The notes beneath the pieces are model-generated. The model was not told the origin of the DNA. It saw only the letters and a program-made list of their open reading frames with translations, and did not search any database. From contig JBMNFY010000008.1 of the NCBI GenBank assembly GCA_050949565.1, forward strand, positions 192,001 through 256,000: 64,000 nucleotides of DNA, in the 5' to 3' direction. Within the stretch, counting starts at the first letter, position 1. Every line of letters starts with the position of its first letter. This document shows positions 10,701 to 19,836 of this stretch, piece after piece. Source of the DNA: Kiritimatiellia bacterium. GTDB taxonomy: Bacteria > Verrucomicrobiota > Kiritimatiellia > RFP12 > UBA1067. Both the position numbers and the translations under genes were made by a program.

Positions 10701-12146
10701 ATGGCAGGTCCATATCTTAGTCTTAGTCAGCAGCAGCGTCAGGTGATGACGCTTGCGCCGCAACTGCGCCAGTCGCTGGAGATGCTCCAGATGCCGGTGA
10801 TGGAGTTGCGTGCCGCGATCCTTAAAGAGATGGCCGTCAACCCGACGATCGACGACGTCAAGGATCCAACCGAAGCCTTGCTGTCGGAGGTCCAGCCCGA
10901 CCCTCCGCAGGAGCACCCCACCGACGAAGGGCTCGATTTCGACCCCGACGTGGACGCGATCCTGCGGCAGGACGACGAGTGGCGCGACTACTTCCTGCAA
11001 GGCATGGAAAACGCGCCGTCAAACGAAGATGCCGAAGAAAAACGGCAGTATCTCTTCGACTCCATACGCCAGGAAGACTCGCTGCAAGACCACTTGATGA
11101 AGCAGCTCGTCCTGACCGAGATATCGCCGGAAGACCGGGAACTGGCCGTGATGCTGATCGGCAATATCAACGACGATGGTTACTTCACCGGCAGCCTGCC
11201 GGACATCATCATGGTCACCGGCCGTAGTGAACACGATGTCGTCAAGGTCCTCAAGGTGATCCAGTCGTTCGATCCGCCCGGCGTCGGCGCACGGACGCTA
11301 CGCGAGTGTCTCCTGCAACAACTCACCCTTGTAGAAGATTCGCCGTGGGAGGACGAGGCGCGTCTGCTGATCGACAAGTATCTGGAAAAACTCGGCGACC
11401 GCGATGAAAGTTTTCTCTGCAAGGCGCTCGCGCTGAACCGCGATGAGTTGGCGCATGTGATCGCGTTGGTGCGCAGCCTCAATCCCCGCCCAGGGCGAGC
11501 CTTTGAGAGCGAGGTGACAGAATACGTCGAGCCGGAAGTTTTTGTAACTTGGGAAAAGGGGCGTTTCGTAGCCAGAGTGGACAACGGCCAACTGCCGCAC
11601 ATCCGCATCAGCACACATTACCGTAAGCTGCTGGAGGACGAGAACGTTTCAGCCGAGACCAAGTCCTACATCCGTGAACGCATCCGGGCCGGCGCGTTTC
11701 TGATCCGCAGCATCCACCAGCGCCAAGAGACCATCCGCAAGATCGCACAGGAAATTGTCGATGCCCAGACCGAATTCCTGCACAAGGGTATCGAGGCCCT
11801 CCGCCCCATGACCATGGCCGAGGTTGCTAAGAAGGTGGGCGTGCATGAAACCACGGTCAGCCGTACCGTCGCCAACAAATACATGCGCACGCCGGTCGGC
11901 CTGTTTGAAATGAAATTCTTCTTCACGCCCGGCCTGAAGGGCAAGGACGGAGTGGCAGTCTCCAACAAGGCGGTGCAGGATCAGATCATGCGTATCGTGC
12001 AGGCCGAAGACCCGACGGCACCGCTTTCCGATCAAGCGATCGAAGAGAAGCTGGCCGAGCAGGGCATCACCGTCGCACGCCGCACCATTGCCAAATACCG
12101 CGGCATCCTCAAGATTCCGCCATCGCACAAACGCCGACGCACGTAA
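10701..12146 (+). CDS. rpoN: RNA polymerase sigma-54 factor
   Basis: Region I QQQRQVMTLAPQLRQSLEMLQ, HTH VHETTVSR, RpoN box ARRTIAKYR. Confidence 0.97.
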   Translation: MAGPYLSLSQQQRQVMTLAPQLRQSLEMLQMPVMELRAAILKEMAVNPTIDDVKDPTEALLSEVQPDPPQEHPTDEGLDFDPDVDAILRQDDEWRDYFLQGMENAPSNEDAEEKRQYLFDSIRQEDSLQDHLMKQLVLTEISPEDRELAVMLIGNINDDGYFTGSLPDIIMVTGRSEHDVVKVLKVIQSFDPPGVGARTLRECLLQQLTLVEDSPWEDEARLLIDKYLEKLGDRDESFLCKALALNRDELAHVIALVRSLNPRPGRAFESEVTEYVEPEVFVTWEKGRFVARVDNGQLPHIRISTHYRKLLEDENVSAETKSYIRERIRAGAFLIRSIHQRQETIRKIAQEIVDAQTEFLHKGIEALRPMTMAEVAKKVGVHETTVSRTVANKYMRTPVGLFEMKFFFTPGLKGKDGVAVSNKAVQDQIMRIVQAEDPTAPLSDQAIEEKLAEQGITVARRTIAKYRGILKIPPSHKRRRT

Positions 12147-12185
12147 CAACAACCGACGACCTCGAACGGAACGAGGACAAAAAAA

Positions 12186-12400
12186 TTTAGGATTTGGGAT
12201 TTAGGATTTAGGATTTTTTCACTTCGGCGTCCGGCGTTCGGTGTTCAAGTTCTGTGGGCGGCGTTTACGCCGCCGGCCGAGCAGACGCTCGTCCCTCCCG
12301 GTGCTGCGCGAGCCCGGATCACAGGCACTGGAGGGCGAGCGTCCTCGCGAGCCGCCTTCCGCGCGTTGCGCGGAGGGACTAAACTCCTAAATCCTAACTG
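12186..12400. repeat. Intergenic REP-like cluster framed by inverted heptamer arrays
   Basis: (aggattt)n on the left and aaatcct on the right; hairpins ggcggcgtttacgccgcc and ggagggcgagcgtcctcgcgagccgccttcc lie between convergent genes. Confidence 0.7.
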
Positions 12401-13354
12401 CTAACTCAGCGCTGTTGCGCTGCTGCGCGGCAGCTTGAAGACCAACGAGTCTTCCTCAACTGCCGCCAGCCTTTCGGGTGCCGGAAATCCGTAGCGCTCA
12501 CGCAGCCGCGCCACCGCCGCATCAAGAAACGATTCGGGCGTGGACGCGCCGCTGGTCAACCCGAGTTCATGCACCGCCTCCAGATCAAGCTCATCAATCT
12601 GCTCCAGCGTACTCACCAACTCCGCGACGGCACCAGCCGCACGGGCGGTCTCGACCAGCCGCTGGCTGTTCGAACTATTGGCAGAGCCCAGCACCAGCAC
12701 ACGCGCACAATGGTCCGCCAGCACCTTCACCGCCTGCTGACGGTTGCGCGTGGCATAGCAGACATCCGTCGCGGCCGACTGGAGCAACGCAGGGAAGCGC
12801 CGACGCAGCACCGCCATGACCGCATCCAACTGCTCACCGCCCAATGTGGTCTGTGCCACCACCGCCACAGGCACATCCGGCGGCACCGCCAACGCTTCGG
12901 CCTCGGCCGCGTTCTCGACAACCCGCACCCGCTCCGGTGCCTCACCGGCCACGCCGATCACCTCTTCGTGCCGACGGTGTCCAATGCAGATCACGCAGGC
13001 ACCCTGCGCCGCGAAGCGCCGCACCGCAGCATGCACCTTGGCGACAAACGGGCAAGTCGCATCAATCGTACGCAACTTCCGCGCTGCCGCACGCGCCACC
13101 ACATCGGGTGCCACGCCGTGCGCGGAGAAGAGCAGCCGCGCGCCCACCGGCACCTCGTCGACCGATTTGACGAACCGCATGCCCAAGCCGGACAACCGCC
13201 CAACCACCAGTTGATTATGTACGATCTCGTTGAGACAGTAGATCGTCTCTCCGGGGTAACGCGCAAGCAGCGCCTCAGCCGTCTGCACCGCCCGCGCGAC
13301 GCCAGAGCAGAAGCCGTGCGGCTCAACCACCACCAATCGTTTGCGCGCGCTCAC
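12401..13354 (-). CDS. ispH: 4-hydroxy-3-methylbut-2-enyl diphosphate reductase
   Basis: GFCSGV, IVHN, SAHG, DATCPFV, AQTTL, CYATRNRQ, SSNS and GASTP motifs; GTG start overlaps the HNH stop (GTGA). Confidence 0.96.
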   Translation of the reverse strand: MSARKRLVVVEPHGFCSGVARAVQTAEALLARYPGETIYCLNEIVHNQLVVGRLSGLGMRFVKSVDEVPVGARLLFSAHGVAPDVVARAAARKLRTIDATCPFVAKVHAAVRRFAAQGACVICIGHRRHEEVIGVAGEAPERVRVVENAAEAEALAVPPDVPVAVVAQTTLGGEQLDAVMAVLRRRFPALLQSAATDVCYATRNRQQAVKVLADHCARVLVLGSANSSNSQRLVETARAAGAVAELVSTLEQIDELDLEAVHELGLTSGASTPESFLDAAVARLRERYGFPAPERLAAVEEDSLVFKLPRSSATALS

Positions 13355-13671
13355 GGTGTCACCTCCCCCTCTCCGTCCGCAGTCCGTTCCAGTTCCGCGA
13401 GGATCCGCTCCGCTGGCGTCAGATACTTCTTCTCGGCGTTGCACGCCTTGCACGCCGGCACGACATTGCCCTTGGTACTGGTGCCGCCACGCGCGACCGG
13501 CACCACATGATCGAGCGTCAGAGCAGCCGCACCAACCTGCCGTCCGCAATAATGGCAAACGCCTTTCTGGATCTGCCGCTGCCACCACTCGCTCTTGCGC
13601 AACGCACGTGCCTTCTCACGCTCGCGCGCCACATGCCGCTCGTCTTTCCGGATATCGATCCACTCGCTCAT
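13351..13671 (-). CDS. Small HNH endonuclease-family protein
   Basis: CHYC...LTLDHVVPVARGG...NVVPACKACNAEK. Confidence 0.9.
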   Translation of the reverse strand: MSEWIDIRKDERHVAREREKARALRKSEWWQRQIQKGVCHYCGRQVGAAALTLDHVVPVARGGTSTKGNVVPACKACNAEKKYLTPAERILAELERTADGEGEVTP

Positions 13672-14420
13672 TTTTTCCTCAGTGCCATCAAGCGCCGCGC
13701 GTGATTCTCCTCGGCCACCGCCAGCGCCGCGAAAGTCTCGCGCAGGCGCGGGATCGTACTCTTCTCGGCAAGCGTCCGGTAGAACTGTGCCATCGCACGC
13801 TCATGCTCGATCGCGTGCTCGACCGCCTTGGACGCTTCGGACGCGTCCTGCATCAGATCCGCCACGGCGGGCAACGCATCGGCCATCTCCTGCGTAATCG
13901 GCAGGTCGCGTTCGGCGCCTGCGGCCAGCGCACCCATCATCGCCTCGTGATGCCAACGCTCTTCCAACGCCAACCGCTCAAAAACCGCCTTTTCCTCTGG
14001 ATCAAGCGAACGCGCCGCCAGCGTCTCGTAGTCTTCAAACGCAGTCTGCTCAAAGATCGCCGCCTGCTGGATCACGAAACTCCCCACCCAATCGGTGATC
14101 GCAGAGATTTCGCGCGTCGGTGCCGCGACCACCTGCCTGCGCGGAAAGAAAGCCTCCCGCAGCATCAGCACGCCGAAAATCAGGAACAGCACACCGCCTG
14201 CGCACTTGATGTAGCGTTCATCAGGCACAAAACGCCGCAACAGGTCGCCCGCCAGCACACCGAACGCCGTCGAGGTAATCAGCGCCAGCGCCCCAGCGGT
14301 GAAAACAGTCCATTTCGCCGACGACGCAGCCGATTGGCTCATCACCGCCAACTGGGTCTTATCGCCCAGCTCCGCCAAGAAAATCAGCATAAAGGTACTT
14401 CCAAACAGCGCCCAATTCAC
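13668..14420 (-). CDS. TMEM165/GDT1 (UPF0016) half-transporter fused to a rubrerythrin/ferritin-like domain
   Basis: FLAELGDKTQL motif and about 3 TM helices, then two E...Y...ExxH helix pairs (EERWH, EENH); RBS aaggag before GTG at 14420. Confidence 0.85.
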   Translation of the reverse strand: MNWALFGSTFMLIFLAELGDKTQLAVMSQSAASSAKWTVFTAGALALITSTAFGVLAGDLLRRFVPDERYIKCAGGVLFLIFGVLMLREAFFPRRQVVAAPTREISAITDWVGSFVIQQAAIFEQTAFEDYETLAARSLDPEEKAVFERLALEERWHHEAMMGALAAGAERDLPITQEMADALPAVADLMQDASEASKAVEHAIEHERAMAQFYRTLAEKSTIPRLRETFAALAVAEENHARRLMALRKK

Positions 14421-14529
14421 ATCGCTCTCCTTGATTAGATGGAAGTCAGGAGTATACCCTTTGCCGGGCTCCGTTGAAAGTTGAACGTTCACAAAGATGA
14501 ATCATCCGTGTTTCACACGAAGATCGCCG

Positions 14530-14559
14530 TTGTCACGACTGGCCCCTCCTTGGTATGAT
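14530..14559 (+). promoter_or_regulatory. Putative sigma70 promoter of the tad operon (possibly leaderless first gene)
   Basis: TTGTCA-18 bp-TATGAT with TGn extension; ATG 7 bases after the -10 box. Confidence 0.45.
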
Positions 14560-14566
14560 ACCCGTG

Positions 14567-14746
14567 ATGTTGAAACTGTCGCATAAAAGAAATTCGCGTC
14601 GTAGCCGTTCCGGTCAGGCCATGGTCGAGTACTTGATCGTATTCGTGGTCATGCTCATGGTCGTCACGGTGTTGTCGGTTTTTCTTTATGCAGTGAGGCA
14701 GCAGTCCAACCGAACGCTGGACCTAGTCGCCTCGGAATACCCCTGA
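14567..14746 (+). CDS. Small Flp/TadE-like prepilin
   Basis: Basic leader, then SGQAMVEYLIVFVV type IVb cleavage motif and hydrophobic helix. Confidence 0.75.
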   Translation: MLKLSHKRNSRRSRSGQAMVEYLIVFVVMLMVVTVLSVFLYAVRQQSNRTLDLVASEYP

Positions 14747-14763
14747 GCAATGAGGTACGGGGA

Positions 14764-15024
14764 ATGAACAAACGGGAGGAACTCATGAAACGTCGTTTCG
14801 GCCGTCGTAACGGCCAGACCATGGTCGAGTACATCATCATCGTGGTGTTGATCGCTATCACGCTACTGGTTCTGTTCTCGCGTCTCAGCAAAGCCACCGG
14901 CCGCAAGATCGCCGGTGCAACATCCGCATTGGACGCCGATGCCGGATCCGAGGCCGAATCTCTCGCTGAGGACATTGACGAGAACAAAGTCAGGAACCTG
15001 AACTCCGACGGCAGCTTCCAGTAA
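14764..15024 (+). CDS. flp: Flp family major pilin
   Basis: RRNGQTMVEYIIIVVLIAI Flp motif; ggagg RBS precedes the alternative ATG near 14785. Confidence 0.85.
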   Translation: MNKREELMKRRFGRRNGQTMVEYIIIVVLIAITLLVLFSRLSKATGRKIAGATSALDADAGSEAESLAEDIDENKVRNLNSDGSFQ

Positions 15025-15085
15025 TACAGAGGTCGGCGTGAACAGACCTTCCAGGCGGACACAGAGTGCCGCCGCGCGGTCCGGT

Positions 15086-15802
15086 ATGCCGGGCAGGCGG
15101 CGGCAATGGAGGGCGAGTGTCCCCACGAGCCGCCTTCCGCTATGCGGAAGGATGGGGTCCAACCGATTACGTTGCGGCCAGGCCATGATTGAATCGGTCT
15201 TCGTGATCATCGTGGCCTGCCTTTGCTTTTTCGCCATCTTCCAATACGCCAACCTGTTCGCGGCCAAAGCCGTCTTGAGCCACGCGGCCGCGCGCGCAGC
15301 ACGTTCCCGGGCGGTGGGATTCAACCAGTGGATGGTTGTGAAAAGCGCCCGCGTGGCGGCCATACCAGCCTCCGGACGACGGCTGACACCGGCATCTGTC
15401 GGCGTCGATCCCGCCGTCAGAGCCGCGCTCCAGAGAAACCGCGTCGGCGACATCTGGGACTTGGCGCTGGAGACCGACGTCCGCTCCCCGGGCACCCAAC
15501 TGGAGGTCGCCCGTGTCCCTGACTACATGGACAGCGATAACGACGCTACCGCTGAGTACCTGCTCAATTATGAACTCTGGGATGCCCTCTCCGTAGACAT
15601 CAGGGAGCCGATGGATGTCGGCGGGATCACCCCCGGCATCCTGACCGTAAACCTGTACCAACGTCACCCCCTGCTCATCGCGCTCGAACCACTGGCCCGC
15701 GGGGAATTGCGCGATGCCGGCGAAGACGATGAGTTGGCGCTCGGAGCGTTCTATTCGATCGAAAGCCATTACCCGCTTTACATGGAGGACATGAACTGGT
15801 GA
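15086..15802 (+). CDS. TadE-like pseudopilin (start uncertain: 15038, 15086 or 15152)
   Basis: GQAMIES, hydrophobic helix and AAARAAR; the leader region contains a REP-like palindrome. Confidence 0.75.
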   Translation: MPGRRRQWRASVPTSRLPLCGRMGSNRLRCGQAMIESVFVIIVACLCFFAIFQYANLFAAKAVLSHAAARAARSRAVGFNQWMVVKSARVAAIPASGRRLTPASVGVDPAVRAALQRNRVGDIWDLALETDVRSPGTQLEVARVPDYMDSDNDATAEYLLNYELWDALSVDIREPMDVGGITPGILTVNLYQRHPLLIALEPLARGELRDAGEDDELALGAFYSIESHYPLYMEDMNW

Positions 15803-17241
15803 GCCGCGGACACAGATCCGGATTGGCGGTACCGCCCGCTCATTCCGGACAGGTGGCGGTCTTCCTGCTGCTCGCGATGACCGTCCTCGTCTTCATGCTG
15901 CTCTTCATCGTCGACCTGCACAGTATCATCCAGCGCAAGAATCAAACCCAGAACGCCGGTGACGCCGCAGCTCTCGCGGCAGCACGCTGGCAGGGTGCCA
16001 CCCTTAACCTCATGGGTGAGTTGAACCTGTTGCATGTGCTGGCGCTTGTCAACAACCAGACCAACGCCGTCGACGCCATCACCAACATGCAGGCGCGGCT
16101 CAACTTCACCGGTCCGATGACCGCACTCTTCGCAGCCCAGATCGCCGCTAAGAACAACCGCATGTACGTTGACTCCGAAATGACCGACCTCCTGCGTGAA
16201 CATGTCGGCACCATCCGCATGCAGTATGCCTCCGTCTTCGACGGTGAACTCTACTTCCCGGAACCCTGGCCGGGCGCTTGGCCGCAAGTCGCCGACATGC
16301 TCGGTCAAATCGTCGCCGACGGCATCGCGGCCGGCCCCGACAACGCCCAGTTCTTCCTTGATCCCTCCACAGACCACATCCTCACGCAGAAAGCCTTTTA
16401 CGACGCTGTCATGGGCCAAAACTGGTGCTGGTTTTATCTCCACGCCCGCGGCTTGCTGGAGTCCTACTCCTCCTTCCGTGACTGGCCCGCACTGCCCGAA
16501 TTGGGCGTGGCCGATTACTCAGACGCCGAAATCTTTGGCATCGGTCTCTTTCCGATGACGGCCCGTCTGGATGCCTTTTTCTCTGCGTCTGAACTTGAAG
16601 AGCGCTTCCATGAAGCCGGGTTCCACACCGTTTCCGCCGCGCAGCTCGTTGACACCAATGTGATGCAACGCGGCGAGACCTGGTACTTTTACAATCCGAG
16701 CGAATGGTCGGAGTGGACACGCATCAAGCCGGACGGTGAGGACAGCTTCCCGGTGACCGGCACCGTGCGTCCGGAATACGACCGCGCCGGCGCTGACGCA
16801 GTGGTCCGGGTCTACGCCACCGTTGAACGTGAAACCCCCGGCGGCGGAGGCAGGCGCCGTAGTGACAAGGTGGTCTGGACTGCAGCCGCCAAGCCCTTCG
16901 GCTATCTGGAGGACGGCACCGGACGGCGACCGGCGACCGACGCCTCTTACTTCGCACTACCCGCCTTTCGCGATGTCCGCCTGATCCCGGTCGATGCCGC
17001 TTCCGGATCCGAAAACAGCACCTCTGACGTCGAATGGGTGCGCCATGTGCGCAACCATCTCCGCCCCTATCTTGAAACAGGGCCGCAATCCCCGACCTGC
17101 CGCTATTGTCTCGCGCTGGCAACGTGGGAAAACGAGGCATTCCGCCAAGCGGGCATTGACTGGCTCGCGCTCTACCATCAAAACTGCCGCGTGCGTTCTC
17201 CCGGCGGCCGCCGCGGCGGGGGTTCTCGGAGGGGACACTGA
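15799..17241 (+). CDS. TadG-like pilus assembly protein
   Basis: SGQVAVFLLL...TQNAGDAAALAAA Tad N-terminal motif; translationally coupled to neighbours. Confidence 0.8.
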   Translation: MSRGHRSGLAVPPAHSGQVAVFLLLAMTVLVFMLLFIVDLHSIIQRKNQTQNAGDAAALAAARWQGATLNLMGELNLLHVLALVNNQTNAVDAITNMQARLNFTGPMTALFAAQIAAKNNRMYVDSEMTDLLREHVGTIRMQYASVFDGELYFPEPWPGAWPQVADMLGQIVADGIAAGPDNAQFFLDPSTDHILTQKAFYDAVMGQNWCWFYLHARGLLESYSSFRDWPALPELGVADYSDAEIFGIGLFPMTARLDAFFSASELEERFHEAGFHTVSAAQLVDTNVMQRGETWYFYNPSEWSEWTRIKPDGEDSFPVTGTVRPEYDRAGADAVVRVYATVERETPGGGGRRRSDKVVWTAAAKPFGYLEDGTGRRPATDASYFALPAFRDVRLIPVDAASGSENSTSDVEWVRHVRNHLRPYLETGPQSPTCRYCLALATWENEAFRQAGIDWLALYHQNCRVRSPGGRRGGGSRRGH

Positions 17242-17780
17242 TGCGCACATGTGCCAGAAACAAAACCGGACAGGCGGCAATTGAATTCGTTGTCTGCCTG
17301 CTGTTGATCCTGCTCGTGCTGACCGGCATCATCCACGTCGCGCGTCTGGCCAGAACCTCGCTCTTCCTGCATGCCGTGCTGCGGGGCGATGCCGGCCGAC
17401 GCGCAATGCGCAGCGGAACGCTCGCCCGCGCACCAACGCACATTTCGGACTGGAGCCCCGGAGCGGACAACATCCGGCACACGGCTGACGACCAGCCCGT
17501 CCATCGTGGAATGGTCGTCCCCAACACAGCGCAAACGCTGACCGACTTTTCCGTCCGCTCCGCCTCCGACTGGACGTTTGTTGCACCAGACAGCCGCCTG
17601 CCGCTCTCTATGATCCGACTGCGCGAATCGCCGAACTCCGTCACCATCGTGGGGTTCGCCCATGGCGAAGAGACCCTGCATGTGCCTGTCGACCACGTGC
17701 TGCGCGAACTCGTCTACGACAAAGACGACGTGGCCATCAAAGAAGAGGTCTGGATGCCGCTAATGGGAGGGCTCTATTGA
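17241..17780 (+). CDS. TadE-like pseudopilin
   Basis: TGQAAIEFVVCLLLILLVLTGII motif. Confidence 0.8.
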   Translation: MRTCARNKTGQAAIEFVVCLLLILLVLTGIIHVARLARTSLFLHAVLRGDAGRRAMRSGTLARAPTHISDWSPGADNIRHTADDQPVHRGMVVPNTAQTLTDFSVRSASDWTFVAPDSRLPLSMIRLRESPNSVTIVGFAHGEETLHVPVDHVLRELVYDKDDVAIKEEVWMPLMGGLY

Positions 17781-17786
17781 TTTTGA

Positions 17787-18250
17787 CATGATGAACATGA
17801 TTAACATGATTTGGAGGCGAGCCATGATTTGGAGGGCGAGCGTCCCCGCGAGCCGCCTTCCGCTGTGCGGAAGGATGATTTCAGGTTTCACGGCGGAGCA
17901 CCGTGAGGGGCAAGCGTCTGCTTGCCCGGCGGCGCATGCGCCGCCCACGCCCGCAGTACCGGCAGTGCCCGCAGTCCCCGCAGCAATCTGGAGTGCGCGT
18001 GACAAGCTCCGCGCTGTGCGCGGCGGCGCTCCGCGCCGCCCCCCTCTCGTGCCCGCGCACCTCCGTGTGCGTGGCGGCGCTCCGCGCCGCCCCCCTCTCG
18101 TGCCCGCGCACCTCCGTGTGCGCGGGGCGCGGCACCGCTTTCCCTCCGCGCCGCGCGCGGAGGGTTCCCCGTCTCTGCCGATCCTGCCGGGACTGCGGAT
18201 CCTGCGGGTGCCGCTCCGCGCCAGACTGTCATCCGGCGGCGCTCCACGAC
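17787..18250. repeat. REP/BIME-like cluster including a 51-bp direct duplication (about 18015-18116)
   Basis: catgatgaa/catgattaa 9-mers, ggagggcgagcgtccccgcgagccgccttcc hairpin, gggcaagcgtctgcttgccc hairpin, and 2 copies of tgtgcgYggcggcgctccgcgccgcccccctctcgtgcccgcgcacctccg. Confidence 0.8.
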
Positions 18251-18954
18251 GCCATCCCATAAAAATCGTCGCGTTGCTCGTCCTGCTCACGCCCGTACTG
18301 GACGCCGAAGTTTTTTGGCGCGTTCCGTCCGATGTCAGCGCAACGCTGCGCGCACTTGGCGGCGCCCGCGTGTATGCCACCGATGTCGAAGTCAACGGCG
18401 CCCCCGGCACCTTGGCCGCCTACGCCTTCAACGAGTCCCCCGCCACGCTCAGCCAGCGCCTGTCACATCGCTTCAATCTAGCGTCAACCGCCGCAAGACC
18501 GAGTGTCCTCGGTCGCGGTAGCGCGTGCATGATAACCCACGCCAGCAAGAACAGCCTGCAACGGCTGCTCGTGTTGCCATCGCCCGCCAGCCGTGACGAT
18601 AGCGTGGTACTCGCCTTCGAACAATCGCTGCGCCATGCGGCCGCCGCACGCCAGCAGTCACCGGTCTGGCCCGACGGCCTGCCCGTCCTGAATGCCACGC
18701 CCCGCTTCACCGCGCTCTGCGCCAAGACCCGCACACGCTTTGTCACGGCTGACGCCGACGCCACGCCCGAAGCTGCCGTGCAGGACGCCGCACGTATTCT
18801 CACGGGGGCAGGCTGGAGCGAAACCACGCCCACAACCCCCACCTTCAAACTCTTCGTCTCCGGCCGGAAGCAGTGCCTGATCTTCGCGCACGCGCCATCA
18901 CCGTCGGACAACACCCAGATTAGTCTCTTGCAACGAGAGGGGGCTACCCCTTAA
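17788..18954 (+). CDS. Hypothetical exported protein in the tad operon with a repeat-derived N-terminal extension
   Basis: Signal-like IKIVALLVLLTPVLDA near 18260 and a normal-looking body; the upstream in-frame ATGs lie in or before a REP cluster. Confidence 0.55.
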   Translation: MMNMINMIWRRAMIWRASVPASRLPLCGRMISGFTAEHREGQASACPAAHAPPTPAVPAVPAVPAAIWSARDKLRAVRGGAPRRPPLVPAHLRVRGGAPRRPPLVPAHLRVRGARHRFPSAPRAEGSPSLPILPGLRILRVPLRARLSSGGAPRRHPIKIVALLVLLTPVLDAEVFWRVPSDVSATLRALGGARVYATDVEVNGAPGTLAAYAFNESPATLSQRLSHRFNLASTAARPSVLGRGSACMITHASKNSLQRLLVLPSPASRDDSVVLAFEQSLRHAAAARQQSPVWPDGLPVLNATPRFTALCAKTRTRFVTADADATPEAAVQDAARILTGAGWSETTPTTPTFKLFVSGRKQCLIFAHAPSPSDNTQISLLQREGATP

Positions 18955-18991
18955 ACTCTCCCCGATCCCATAAAAACCGAAAGAGCCTTGT

Positions 18992-19813
18992 ATGAAGCAG
19001 AAACTCATCCTGATTATCTCCGTGGTCATCGGCCTCTTCGCCGCCTTCCTGACCCGCTCCTACCTGACCGCCAAGGACAATGAGGTTGAACGCATGAAAG
19101 CGGACTTCGACCGCAGAAACAAAAAGATACCGGTCATCGCTACGAAGCGCGCCATTCCTTCCGGCACCGTACTGACCATGGAGGACATCGGTGGGCTTAA
19201 GGTGCCGGAGAGTGCCGTCAAAGATCACGCTGTACGAACCGAAGACATCCTGCTGTTGCTCAACCGCAAAACCGTGCGCCCCCTGTCGGCAGATGCGCCG
19301 ATTTTCTGGACCGACATTGAGGGCGGCGACCCCACGTCGCGCGGCTTGGCCGCCGACATCAAATCGCGTATGCGCGCCATCTCGATCAATGTCAGCGGCG
19401 CGGCCTCGGTCAGCGGCATGGTCAGACCCAACGATCACGTCGACGTGCTCGGCACCTTCTCCTTCCCTTCCAAAACCGTTCAAGGCGAGATGGAACTGGT
19501 TACCCTCACGATGCTCCAAGACGTGCTGGTACTGGCGACCGGCCGCGAGACCGCCAAGTCGCGCTTGTTCTCTGACGCGCGTATGCCCGCCTCGTACAAC
19601 ACCGTGACCCTCGAGGTCACCCCGCGTGAGGCGGAGATGCTGGTCTTCGCCGAACAGATCAAAGGACGCATCTCGCTGGCGTTGCGCAATCCGGAGGACG
19701 TCTATTTTGAAAAGACACTGCCGCGCGTCGACTTCCAGATGATCCAGTCCGAGATTGAATCGCTCAACACCTATCGTCAACAGCAACTATTGCGCAAACG
19801 CGTTACGGACTGA
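18992..19813 (+). CDS. cpaB: Flp pilus assembly protein CpaB/RcpC
   Basis: SAF-like segment, MRAISINV...SGMVRPNDHVDVL, LQDVLVLA, TVTLEVTP, ISLALRN. Confidence 0.93.
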   Translation: MKQKLILIISVVIGLFAAFLTRSYLTAKDNEVERMKADFDRRNKKIPVIATKRAIPSGTVLTMEDIGGLKVPESAVKDHAVRTEDILLLLNRKTVRPLSADAPIFWTDIEGGDPTSRGLAADIKSRMRAISINVSGAASVSGMVRPNDHVDVLGTFSFPSKTVQGEMELVTLTMLQDVLVLATGRETAKSRLFSDARMPASYNTVTLEVTPREAEMLVFAEQIKGRISLALRNPEDVYFEKTLPRVDFQMIQSEIESLNTYRQQQLLRKRVTD

Positions 19814-19836
19814 TCGCACCCGCGCCCCCCACGCCC

